IMG/VR virus record: IMGVR_UViG_3300026549_000895
Span: 32,001-96,000 of that record
Strand: one strand, 5' to 3'
DNA length: 64,000 nucleotides
Origin: a virus
Lineage: Duplodnaviria > Caudoviricetes
The position numbers and the translations under genes were made by a program. Each line of letters begins with the position of its first letter. Position 1 is the first letter of the stretch. Below the pieces are notes generated by a model, which worked only from the letters and a program-made list of their open reading frames with translations, was not told the DNA's origin and searched no databases. Positions 48,578 through 57,678 of this stretch are shown here, in pieces.

Positions 48578-51500
48578 CTATATACTGTAAACATTGACTG
48601 TGAATACTTTTAATTTCTTATTAGATTCATCAGCCTTCTTCGTTAATTTTAAATCGGTTTGAACTGTTGTCGTCGATGATGTTCGTATACGTTTTGAATC
48701 ACAGTCAACACCGAATACTGAGGAATCATATGAATCAACGTCAATCGAAGTCTTTTTAACACCCATATCATCTTCAATAACAGAACGAATAGTTTGTTCT
48801 TTTGGTACAACTGTCAAAGCAACTCGCGTCAATTCAGATGGCGCTTTGAATATGATTTTGTAATCATCTGGTAAACCTATGTCATTTACTATATAAGAAG
48901 AACCGTAAGTGTTGAAATCATCGTCAGAAGGTAATTCATAAGCAAATGACTCCCATTCTGATGATGTGTCATTGAATCGATAGAAGTTGGTCATATCCAT
49001 ATTTGAGCATAGAAATTTTGCTTTGATGCCAACAACTGTAATTCTGACCAAACTTCGTCCAGTCGGAAGATTATTTCCTCCAGCAGTGAGGGTTGCATCT
49101 GTTAAACAATCGCTTGGATCGGTTAATAAGTAACCAGATGGTTTGAAAGAATTTGGTAATAATACATAACCACTTCCTCCGCATCCACCTTCATCGTCAT
49201 CACTACTGCCGTCAGGCCATGTTCCAGAGCCTCCGAACCAACCACCGCCTCCGGCACCACCATATCCATCACTGTCAAATTTACCATTTCCACCTACTCC
49301 AAAAGCTCCACATATATCAACAACTGAAGAGTCATAAGGTGATTCTGTTTGTGTACCAGGTCCGGGTGTTGTTCCATAAGTCTCCCATGATGCCCATCCT
49401 CCTACTTCACCACCACCGTGTCCGCCGAGTGAGCTTTCACGACCTTCGGAGCCGGCACCACCGGCAACAATGATTCGAGCATACAATGAGTCGGTATCAA
49501 TACGAATATCAGTTCCGCCTCCACCAGCAGTTGATGCTTGACTGGTAGAACCAGGACGTCCACCGCCATTGTATGACATTGTGGGATTATATTTCATGCA
49601 CCATGTCTGATCAATCCAGTTAGCAAACAAACCAGAACCTCCAACGTTGATATATGCTTCTCGAGGTATGGTTGTTTCAAATGTGCCAGTAGTATATCCG
49701 CCTCGTGAATTGTTTGGATATAAATAGTAATAATTACGGAATCCACCATCGCCACCATAACATTCAAAATTATAAATGCCAGGCATTAAACGTATATGTT
49801 CAGATCTACCAACGCATGGAAATGTTATAATGTCATCTTTCATTAAAGAATCGATTTCTTTATATATGACAATCTTAGGCGTGTTAGAAGTTCCAACTCC
49901 CAAGAATGTATCAGTTAATTCTAAATCAGACGGTGGTTCATATGAACCGGGGGGATATGGTCTGTAGGAAGTCGATGTTAAAACATATCCACTTCCTCCA
50001 CCACCATTTGTTGATGTATATGAGGAATCAGTTATCGATGCTGAATAGCCACCAAACCATCCACCTCCACCTCCGCCAGCACCTTCATAGTTCAATGTAT
50101 ATCCACCCGTACGCTTTATAGGTGTTTCGCCGGTTCCGAATGAATAACCATCTGTCTGAGTTGGATATTTGTAATCATTGTTACCCTGGTAAATTGGTGA
50201 ACCGCCAACTTCACCACCACCGAATCCAATCGCTGATGTGAAATAGTTTTGTTCAGTAATCCACATTTGTCCACCACCACCACCAGCAACAATGATTCGA
50301 GAAGCCAATGATTCATCAACTTTGGTTTTCAAAGTTATCGTAGGATCAACGAGAACATTTCCCGCTGTTAAATGACAATTTCCAAATGTAAGTTTTTCAT
50401 TGTACTTTACAGCTTGAGCAAATGTGCCTGACAATACTTCGTATATGCCCACTTCATCAGCCGTATATTCTATTCTGACAGAACCAACATCCGAAGGTGT
50501 AATATCAGAATCATTTGGAAATTTTAAACACAAACGAATACTTCTACAATGTCCGTATAATGTTGAAGGTTGACCAGATGACAACCATCCGTCATCGGAA
50601 ATATAACCGCCATTCAATGCATCGTATTCCATTACATTATAATCCAAATCATTTCCGTTTGAATCAGTTGCGAATATACGGAAAGAGCGTGGACGATTCT
50701 TGTAGTCCCATTCAAGATATCCGGGTGTTCTGACACGTGTTGAAGAATTCTCATTACCCGAACCTGTAATAGTACCTTGTTCCCAAATCAATTCAGATGT
50801 AAATTCAGATGTCACATCAGCAGCTTTTGTTTTAGCAGGAATATAACATTTCTTAAGAACACCTTGTTCATATACACACATTTTGTAGAAGGTTAAAGAA
50901 GCATATGAACCATCGTCGAAGTCAGATCCATCGTTTGTATCAAATATCAAACATGGCCAATTACATGGTGAATATGTAGCAGTGGTCGTTATTTCACCCA
51001 ACTTCGTATCATTGGTATCGTACCATTCAGCTTTCGATGTGTTTATTTTATATAACACTCGTTGTCCATATGGAGCTTGAATTAAAGAAGGCCCTTCTTG
51101 TTCTACAGTACCTACCATCAAACATCCACGGTCTCTTCCTGCGAATCTATAGAAAAAAGAAAATGCTTCATGAAATGCGGAATTACGAGCTCCGAATAAA
51201 GATCCATAATTTCGTGGGTCAGAACCAGTCAAGTTACAATCGAATTCAACATAAGTATCTTTCTTGTGAAAGTAGTCTGTATGAATAGCGCCACCGTTTT
51301 GAGCATCTGTTATACAATAATCCAAGTATTCATATTTCGTTGTATCTAATTCAAGTTCATACTCTATTATTTCGGGAGGTTTTAAACTACACCTGATGTC
51401 TGTAGCTCCACCTCCACCGGCACCGGTGTTATATCCATCAACGGGTTCTCCACCATCTCCGCCACCATTCCATCCACCTCGACCAATAGTGACATGATCA

Positions 51501-51748
51501 TCATTTCCATCTTCGCCGACACCACCGACGAATGCATATAAAGTTTTTGGTTCTGATATATTCAATACTCCATATGATGTTCCACCATACAAAGGTTCTG
51601 CATAGTTTGCAGTCTTTCCACCTGGTGCTCCATCACATTCTAACAAGTATTCTCCAGCTGGTAAAGTAAACTCTTCATAGTTTCCGGTATATTCGAATTC
51701 TCTATAAGGTGCCCATATCTTATCATGATAACCTAATAAGTTTCTCAT
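48578..51748 (-). CDS. glycine-rich (ALK/LTK-type Gly-rich domain) tail/adhesin protein with inserted lectin-like modules
   Basis: Two domains with G.Y..EC.G..GG, GGGGxTDIR, RIIVAGG, GGGGWFGG, GGSGYV. Confidence 0.7.
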   Translation of the reverse strand: MRNLLGYHDKIWAPYREFEYTGNYEEFTLPAGEYLLECDGAPGGKTANYAEPLYGGTSYGVLNISEPKTLYAFVGGVGEDGNDDHVTIGRGGWNGGGDGGEPVDGYNTGAGGGGATDIRCSLKPPEIIEYELELDTTKYEYLDYCITDAQNGGAIHTDYFHKKDTYVEFDCNLTGSDPRNYGSLFGARNSAFHEAFSFFYRFAGRDRGCLMVGTVEQEGPSLIQAPYGQRVLYKINTSKAEWYDTNDTKLGEITTTATYSPCNWPCLIFDTNDGSDFDDGSYASLTFYKMCVYEQGVLKKCYIPAKTKAADVTSEFTSELIWEQGTITGSGNENSSTRVRTPGYLEWDYKNRPRSFRIFATDSNGNDLDYNVMEYDALNGGYISDDGWLSSGQPSTLYGHCRSIRLCLKFPNDSDITPSDVGSVRIEYTADEVGIYEVLSGTFAQAVKYNEKLTFGNCHLTAGNVLVDPTITLKTKVDESLASRIIVAGGGGGQMWITEQNYFTSAIGFGGGEVGGSPIYQGNNDYKYPTQTDGYSFGTGETPIKRTGGYTLNYEGAGGGGGGWFGGYSASITDSSYTSTNGGGGSGYVLTSTSYRPYPPGSYEPPSDLELTDTFLGVGTSNTPKIVIYKEIDSLMKDDIITFPCVGRSEHIRLMPGIYNFECYGGDGGFRNYYYLYPNNSRGGYTTGTFETTIPREAYINVGGSGLFANWIDQTWCMKYNPTMSYNGGGRPGSTSQASTAGGGGTDIRIDTDSLYARIIVAGGAGSEGRESSLGGHGGGEVGGWASWETYGTTPGPGTQTESPYDSSVVDICGAFGVGGNGKFDSDGYGGAGGGGWFGGSGTWPDGSSDDDEGGCGGSGYVLLPNSFKPSGYLLTDPSDCLTDATLTAGGNNLPTGRSLVRITVVGIKAKFLCSNMDMTNFYRFNDTSSEWESFAYELPSDDDFNTYGSSYIVNDIGLPDDYKIIFKAPSELTRVALTVVPKEQTIRSVIEDDMGVKKTSIDVDSYDSSVFGVDCDSKRIRTSSTTTVQTDLKLTKKADESNKKLKVFTVNVYSI

Positions 51749-51760
51749 TGTATCACCTCA

Positions 51761-52183
51761 TTATTCAGGGAATACATAAGGAGTGTCCGAAGGAGAAAAT
51801 ACAACAACAACTGAACCCTCGTCCAGATTCTGTACTTCTTCTCTTGTAGGATCGTGATCCATAACAACCAAATTTTCAAATGGAATACCATTTATCAATT
51901 TCAGATTACCTTGTCTTACATCAGTATCTACATCTATAGAAGTATAACTGGTTGGAGACACAACGAGATACAGATTGTTGTTATTTGTATCATTCAACAA
52001 AGCATTGTGATTATAAACAACTCCTGACTCATAATCTGATATGGTGGCATTACCTCCACCACCTCCGCCTCCACCTTGTCCAATTTCAAGACGTTGAAGT
52101 TTTAAAGTTAATTCTGCCAATAGAGATTGATTTCTCGCAAAAGCAGTAAGGAAATCTCTGAAAATTTGTTCCATATAATTCAA
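51761..52183 (-). CDS. small tail-associated hypothetical protein
   Basis: Short coiled coil, poly-Gly linker, beta module; first gene of the minus-strand tail operon. Confidence 0.6.
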   Translation of the reverse strand: MNYMEQIFRDFLTAFARNQSLLAELTLKLQRLEIGQGGGGGGGGNATISDYESGVVYNHNALLNDTNNNNLYLVVSPTSYTSIDVDTDVRQGNLKLINGIPFENLVVMDHDPTREEVQNLDEGSVVVVFSPSDTPYVFPE

Positions 52184-52256
52184 CTCACTTTCTGTGAAAT
52201 TTAACCAATCGGCTTACGATTCCGTCACTCTCAGGAAAAAAGAAGAAAAAAAGAAA

Positions 52257-52275
52257 CGCCTCCCTTTCGGGAGGC
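52257..52275 (-). terminator. terminator of the tRNA/ncRNA operon
   Basis: GCCTCCC-GAAA-GGGAGGC followed by long U-run on minus strand. Confidence 0.8.
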
Positions 52276-52293
52276 ATAACTTTAATCATTCAT

Positions 52294-52368
52294 TGGTGAC
52301 CCGTACGAGAATCGAACTCATGTTTCCGGGATGAAAACCCGGCGTCTTAACCGCTTGACTAACGGGCC
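52294..52368 (-). tRNA. tRNA-Glu(UUC)
   Basis: GGCCCGT acceptor, CCGGG-TTTTCAT-CCCGG anticodon arm, GTTCGATTC T-loop, encoded CCA. Confidence 0.93.
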
Positions 52369-52371
52369 ATA

Positions 52372-53307
52372 TAGACGCCGTGATAGTTTCACGACGTCCA
52401 TACCGCTTCGGTTATTGATTGCTGGGCTAACCAAACCCAGCTGGTCAACATCATAAGTCATTACCTCATGATGTTGATATATTTGATTGATGATATTCTT
52501 TCATGACGTAAGCATGAGGGTTGTGGGACAAGTCCTAACCTTTCATACTCCTCTTACTTGAACTACACATCGCATTTGTGGTGACGCCAACGACCGGGTC
52601 ACATCTGCATCAATCGCATATACTAATCTTACAGAGGAATTACGAAACAACCAACGTTTCCACCAACCTTGCTAACCAAAGTGACGAACTTTGGCTTTCA
52701 TGGTATGCGAAGCTTATAAACCAATACCAAGGACATTTGTTACGACATATAGATTTAACGTACATGCACGGAGCATCATATGCCGTGTAAGATTATAAGT
52801 TTGAACTATGATTCGCTACTAACGATGTGGCCACCATCTGGACCAAGATCATCGCCGTCATAATGGGTTAGTTAATTCCCACACACCGTCACGACCATTA
52901 ACCTATAATCTCCGAAAGCTATATATCATTTCAAGACAGTCGGAAGTCCTCAGGTGTGTTCAAACTTTGAGAAGCATCCATCGGTTCCGGATTCCTTTTT
53001 ATAACGCACATGGTGAGCGTACCCTGTGATGCTTCTCTATGGGTCGGGGTATCATGTAGGTATGACAAGGTTTCCCTATATGCCAATTATGGACACAATA
53101 CCCCACTGGTCCGGAGTTTCTTATCTGGGTCATTGCAAAGAAGCTTTTCATTATACTAATCAATTGACATACGATTCAATCAACGCCGTATAATGATTCC
53201 AGATCTCCGGTGGTATGTATCAATAATATGTAATTCCTATATACTACGTTGAGGATCTTGGGATCAACGGACCCGTGCTGGAACCGGTCTTCTTATTATC
53301 GATACAT
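52372..53307 (-). ncRNA. large structured ncRNA candidate (GOLLD/ROOL-like context, family unassigned)
   Basis: About 930 nt, no credible CDS, GC-enriched, many long-range perfect helices, sandwiched between two tRNAs. Confidence 0.55.
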
Positions 53308-53383
53308 TGGCGTCTGATGTAGGACTCGAACCTACGACAACGTGATTAACAGTCACGGGCTCTACCTGCTGAGCTAATCAGAC
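53308..53383 (-). tRNA. tRNA-Asn(GUU)
   Basis: GTCTGAT/ATCAGAC acceptor, CGTGA-CTGTTAA-TCACG anticodon arm, GTTCGAGTC, CCA. Confidence 0.93.
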
Positions 53384-53541
53384 ACATATAATTTTCCATT
53401 ACTTCAATCCCTGACCACAGGTGCAATTATGGTCTTCCAGAAACATTCATTCAGAGCTATAGTGAATGACATTCAGTGTTTTCCTATTTAAACTATTAGG
53501 ATTGAATAATGGATGACGTTTGTTTCGTAAGCAACAAACGT

Positions 53542-53628
53542 TGGTACCTGAGGTGGGACTCGAACCCACAGTTGTCTTTCGACACTTGATTTTGAGTCAA
53601 GCTCCTAAACCAATTCGGATACTCAGGC
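53542..53628 (-). tRNA. tRNA-Leu(CAA)
   Basis: GCCTGAG acceptor, CTTGA-CTCAAAA-TCAAG anticodon arm, long variable arm TGTC-GAAA-GACA, CCA. Confidence 0.93.
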
Positions 53629-53644
53629 ATGTAAAAATATATTT

Positions 53645-54110
53645 CAACCCGCGTGTGCCAGGGGGATGGTCTTATTATTGCCATCTTTTAAACTGTCTGT
53701 AGAATGACTGTTAAACACACGCGGGAGAAATAACAAGGGCTCCACGGGGCGTAGGGATAATGATAACTACATTTGGCTGTTCTTTTCCTTTCTGAATTGA
53801 TGGATTTAAACTTCCAAAGTGTTCATTGCCCCGTGGTGCCGCATTTCATTTTGTGGGTTGCAATAACCCACGGGAGATGTCGGAGATATAGCTCCGTACA
53901 CACCCATCTTCTTATAATGGAGCCTCTGGCAGTAGCACTCAATGCTGTCTGCTGTATGACTGCATCATGCTTTACACCTGTTCTTCCAGTAGGCATCCTA
54001 CCTCACCCTCCCATTTCTGGAGTGTTGCGTGCACACAACTCGGTGAGTATATTATCACACCATCAGAAAGGACTTTGCAAAGAATTTTCTTTCATCTTTC
54101 TTTTGGTGTA
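53645..54110 (-). ncRNA. structured non-coding region upstream of tRNA-Leu
   Basis: CCCGCGTGTG/CACACGCGGG, CCACGGGGC/GCCCCGTGG, GTGGGTT/AACCCAC, CGGAG/CTCCG, ACACCA/TGGTGT helices. Confidence 0.45.
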
Positions 54111-54138
54111 ATAAGCAGTTGTTAGTTGATAATATTAT

Positions 54139-54849
54139 TTATACTTTTTTATATTTTTGAATACTCAGATTCGGAATATACAAACCATCTTCAGTTTGTT
54201 CCAATCTATCAAGATAGCCTTCACCTCTTAAAAGTTCAAAAGCAGTCTTGAAACAATACTGACCATTGTCAACTCTTGACAATGATAATTGATCGCCAAA
54301 ATGAGTTTTATCTTTGGTGTACATTCCAGCTGGCGAATAATACACTTCGTAGAAGTGATTGTTGATTTTATAAATATAATCGCATGATGGCTTATCATCG
54401 AATGCTTCCTTTATAAAGGAATACTTGTAGCCTTGTAAACCATTAGTATCTTGCCCATTGATGATAACATGAACAATGGAATCAGTGATTATCATTTGAC
54501 CGTAGTAAACGGTTGTGACTTTCACGTTTTCCATCAGGAATTCATCAAACGGAATTTTGAATGTTTCAAAATCAAGCATCTTTGCAATTCGAGATTGTGG
54601 ATCATATTCCGCATCCTTATCAATAATATGCTCGGATGCTACTGATTTGCATCTCATGCATTTGTTTTCCCAATCAGGGAATAATCTTAAATTGGTAAGG
54701 TGTAATTGTGAAGACCCAATCTTCAAGTCAATATTGACTGTGTAACTGAGTTCTTCCAGATAATCTTCAATTACCTTTTCGGAATTTTTCTCAATATGTT
54801 CCTCACGGAAATATTGCTTCAATTCTTCATTTAAATAGAATCTGTACAT
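54139..54849 (-). CDS. hypothetical protein
   Basis: GAAAGGTGA SD; 236 aa. Confidence 0.7.
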   Translation of the reverse strand: MYRFYLNEELKQYFREEHIEKNSEKVIEDYLEELSYTVNIDLKIGSSQLHLTNLRLFPDWENKCMRCKSVASEHIIDKDAEYDPQSRIAKMLDFETFKIPFDEFLMENVKVTTVYYGQMIITDSIVHVIINGQDTNGLQGYKYSFIKEAFDDKPSCDYIYKINNHFYEVYYSPAGMYTKDKTHFGDQLSLSRVDNGQYCFKTAFELLRGEGYLDRLEQTEDGLYIPNLSIQKYKKV

Positions 54850-54873
54850 ATTATATCACCTTTCATTTCTTAA

Positions 54874-55755
54874 TTAGTAAAATTTAATAGGGAATTGACG
54901 ACCATCAGCAGTAATTACAATACCCTTATTTTCATCATGCTCGATTATAGGTGTTTGCGGTAAAAATGGATAGTCCGGGATTTCATTACCATTTTCATCG
55001 TACGCTTTAAAAACATACTTATCCATTTTAATTTCACCAAAAGGAGTATTCTCTTGTACTTCTTCTTTCACTGCGTATATGGGTACATTTTGACATATGT
55101 CAGGCTTGGAATTGCCGATCTTGAATATAGAATCAAGTAAACTTCCTATATCTGTCTCTTTCGTATCTTTATCTGGGATATTTTCATTAACATCTTCGGA
55201 GTCATCATATATTCCGGACTTCATCAATTTTCGTATAATGGAGAAATATTTCTTCATAGTTTCGGAATCAAATGCTAATGGATCTCCTGATATCAGCAGT
55301 TTATATTCGGACACTGTTAGTATGTCCATGACTTTTGCATGACGATTTACATATCTTCCATATGATATAGGAGTGAATACATCTAATATTGGTTCTCCAA
55401 TAAAACCATGAAGAAGCCATTTGTTATTTAGGCGATCATTCACAACTAAATATTCGCCTATGTTTTTCATTTCTTTTCTCTTGATTTCTGGTACCACTTC
55501 TCCGACGGGTTTCTTTCGTTGTTCAATATCATACAATGCGAGTGATCTAAGCCTGGTATATTCGGATATATTGTCAATATTGTGAGGATCCATTCCTCTT
55601 TTTCTGAGAAAATCACGTTCGGATTGTGTGAGCATATTGCCATCGCCGATGTTAACACCGTTACGTAGATTAACATCGCATTGTATAAATTGGCGAACTG
55701 TTTCGAAATCAATTCCGCCAAGATGTGTTTTTGAGCCGTATGGATTATTATTCAT
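54874..55755 (-). CDS. hypothetical protein
   Basis: GAAAGGATGG SD; 293 aa. Confidence 0.7.
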   Translation of the reverse strand: MNNNPYGSKTHLGGIDFETVRQFIQCDVNLRNGVNIGDGNMLTQSERDFLRKRGMDPHNIDNISEYTRLRSLALYDIEQRKKPVGEVVPEIKRKEMKNIGEYLVVNDRLNNKWLLHGFIGEPILDVFTPISYGRYVNRHAKVMDILTVSEYKLLISGDPLAFDSETMKKYFSIIRKLMKSGIYDDSEDVNENIPDKDTKETDIGSLLDSIFKIGNSKPDICQNVPIYAVKEEVQENTPFGEIKMDKYVFKAYDENGNEIPDYPFLPQTPIIEHDENKGIVITADGRQFPIKFY

Positions 55756-55773
55756 ATAGATACCATCCTTTCG

Positions 55774-56073
55774 TTAAACATATTTGACACATATGCATTT
55801 GAAGGCATCATTTGTGATGTCTTTTAAGTTTATTTGAATACCTTGTGAGAGATCTCGAAAGTATGCGTCCCAGAAACAATTGGGTTTCATGTCAAGTTTT
55901 TCAAAGTTGAAGTCAGCGCGATTTCTTTCAAGAATATCAGTGTTTAAATGATCGATAATATTTGACAACGCATGTTCGATGCCCTTTGCTTTAACAATTG
56001 CGAAATGCTGAATCAATATCACCGTGCCACGTTCTGATATGCATGCTTTGTATGTCTTATCATCATTTGCCAT
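55774..56073 (-). CDS. hypothetical protein, tandem paralog of next gene
   Basis: Start MANDDK after AAGGAGG; F.FEK...P..FWD...I.LKDIT....C.CVK. Confidence 0.7.
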   Translation of the reverse strand: MANDDKTYKACISERGTVILIQHFAIVKAKGIEHALSNIIDHLNTDILERNRADFNFEKLDMKPNCFWDAYFRDLSQGIQINLKDITNDAFKCICVKYV

Positions 56074-56087
56074 AAACTCATCCTCCT

Positions 56088-56399
56088 TTATCTTACCTCT
56101 ATGGGCTTTATGCATATTACACGACAATCTTCGTCGGTAATATCTTTGATGTGTATTCTAAAATCATTTTTAGTATCTTCATAAGCCACATCCCATATTT
56201 CATCTGGTTCATCTGATGTTTTTTCGAATTTGAAATCCACATTCTTTACCATAAATTCTTTTCGTATTTGTTCAACAATTTTGGGTATGATCTCATCGAA
56301 AGAATTTCCTTTTGCTACCGCAAACATTTGTCTGGCAGTCATTTGACGATACATGAAAGCATGTTTATGTGTCCATGCACATACTTTATACAGTCTCAT
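56088..56399 (-). CDS. hypothetical protein, tandem paralog
   Basis: Start MRLYK after GAAGGGA; FKFEK...PDEIWD...IHIKDIT...VICIK. Confidence 0.7.
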   Translation of the reverse strand: MRLYKVCAWTHKHAFMYRQMTARQMFAVAKGNSFDEIIPKIVEQIRKEFMVKNVDFKFEKTSDEPDEIWDVAYEDTKNDFRIHIKDITDEDCRVICIKPIEVR

Positions 56400-56790
56400 T
56401 ATTACTATTCCCTTCATTCAAATTGTGAGCGAATCGTAAAATCTTTTTGATTCTGTCATCAATGTATATGAATTTATGTGCTTGATGTTTATTCATCCAT
56501 CTCCACCAATACTTTGTTTCGCGTCTTAAAGATCTTACATATCTTATTTGTTCATTTCTTGAAACAGGATCAGTTTTATATTTGAATCTGACACGCATGT
56601 TGAGAATTGCGATTAAGCGTCGTATATGCATGTTCATTAATTTGGAACGAGCATAATCATTCCATTTGTAAGATGTCAATGGATACGCGTTAGGATATTC
56701 TTCTTTTATTTTTGCAAGCTTAGGCTGTAACATTAACAACAACCTTTGATATTTATTGCGATGCTTTTTCTTTATTCGTTTATTTGCCAT
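56386..56790 (-). CDS. basic hypothetical protein
   Basis: GGAGGT SD; Lys/Arg-rich; 134 aa. Confidence 0.65.
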   Translation of the reverse strand: MANKRIKKKHRNKYQRLLLMLQPKLAKIKEEYPNAYPLTSYKWNDYARSKLMNMHIRRLIAILNMRVRFKYKTDPVSRNEQIRYVRSLRRETKYWWRWMNKHQAHKFIYIDDRIKKILRFAHNLNEGNSNNETV

Positions 56791-57223
56791 CTCTCATTAC
56801 CTCCGGACGTGCATGAATCGGTAATGGAAGTTTATCCTCTACCATCTTCCATAACACAGATTCATTGTTTTTATCACGACGATATATACCCATCTCGAAT
56901 CTGAAATTCAATTCATTGGCAGATGTTATGTATTCATTGATGTTAACGCCACCTCTTTTCATGATGAGCTTAGTAATCTTCTTGTTATTCCTTTCGGATA
57001 ACTTGGTTAATGCACCACATGATGGACAATAATATCCATACCATATATCAGGTAAGGTGCGAGGCATGCTATTTTCAAAACCGCTGATATAGGATATATC
57101 AAAAGCATCTTCTAAAAGACATTTACATCCACATATACATTTGGCTTTTATGTGGAAATCTTTTGATGTTTTTAAAATAATCTTGGGCGTTTTAAGTATT
57201 TGCATTTTCGGTTTCTCCTTCAT
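56780..57223 (-). CDS. putative Zn-ribbon protein
   Basis: CICGC...CPSCG. Confidence 0.6.
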   Translation of the reverse strand: MKEKPKMQILKTPKIILKTSKDFHIKAKCICGCKCLLEDAFDISYISGFENSMPRTLPDIWYGYYCPSCGALTKLSERNNKKITKLIMKRGGVNINEYITSANELNFRFEMGIYRRDKNNESVLWKMVEDKLPLPIHARPEVMRDGK

Positions 57224-57546
57224 TTAAATATATCCTGGGCAGACTTGACAACATTTGCGGTATCGGAATCGTTGTCAGCTTCTTCGTCATCGAAATTTTC
57301 ATCCATGTATTCAGCAATGAGTTTATCTTCAAACTTTTCCTGTTCCGAAACTACCCGATCGGTTATTTTGTTAAATACCGATTTTTCCATATCAGAAAGA
57401 TCATCGGGATTAAATTGTGGATTCATAAGTTTTTTACCCATGCTGGCAACGGCTTTCATTTCTTCTTCATTCAAATCTTCTAAAGGATTGAATGAAGTTT
57501 CAACTGTTTCATCATCAAATGTTAATTTTCTCTTATTGTTGTTCAT
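57220..57546 (-). CDS. acidic hypothetical protein (first gene after early-type promoter)
   Basis: AAGGAGG SD; D/E-rich; 108 aa. Confidence 0.7.
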   Translation of the reverse strand: MNNNKRKLTFDDETVETSFNPLEDLNEEEMKAVASMGKKLMNPQFNPDDLSDMEKSVFNKITDRVVSEQEKFEDKLIAEYMDENFDDEEADNDSDTANVVKSAQDIFK

Positions 57547-57581
57547 AATGAACCTCCTTTGATTTTGTAGATATCGGTTTT

Positions 57582-57603
57582 CTACATATTAAAGATATAT
57601 CTA
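57582..57603 (-). promoter_or_regulatory. candidate early promoter with 5' hairpin
   Basis: TAGATATATCTTTAATATGTAG, then TGTAGA..TCTACA stem. Confidence 0.55.
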
Positions 57604-57650
57604 CAAAAAGAAAAAAATCAATTTTCGTCATTTATTGTATAGAAAAATTA

Positions 57651-57670
57651 CCCTCCCCATGCGGGGAGGG
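57651..57670 (-). terminator. intrinsic terminator
   Basis: CCCTCCCC-GCAT-GGGGAGGG then AATTTTT. Confidence 0.75.
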
Positions 57671-57678
57671 ATAATCTT

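Noticed and set aside
52372-54110. tmRNA, RNase P or SRP RNA; also + strand ORFs 52578..52790, 53520..53702 and 53773..54111
   Set aside because: No tmRNA tRNA-like ends, no GAGGAAAGUCC, no SRP loop seen. The ORFs lack SD sites, have atypical composition and lie antisense to the tRNA operon.
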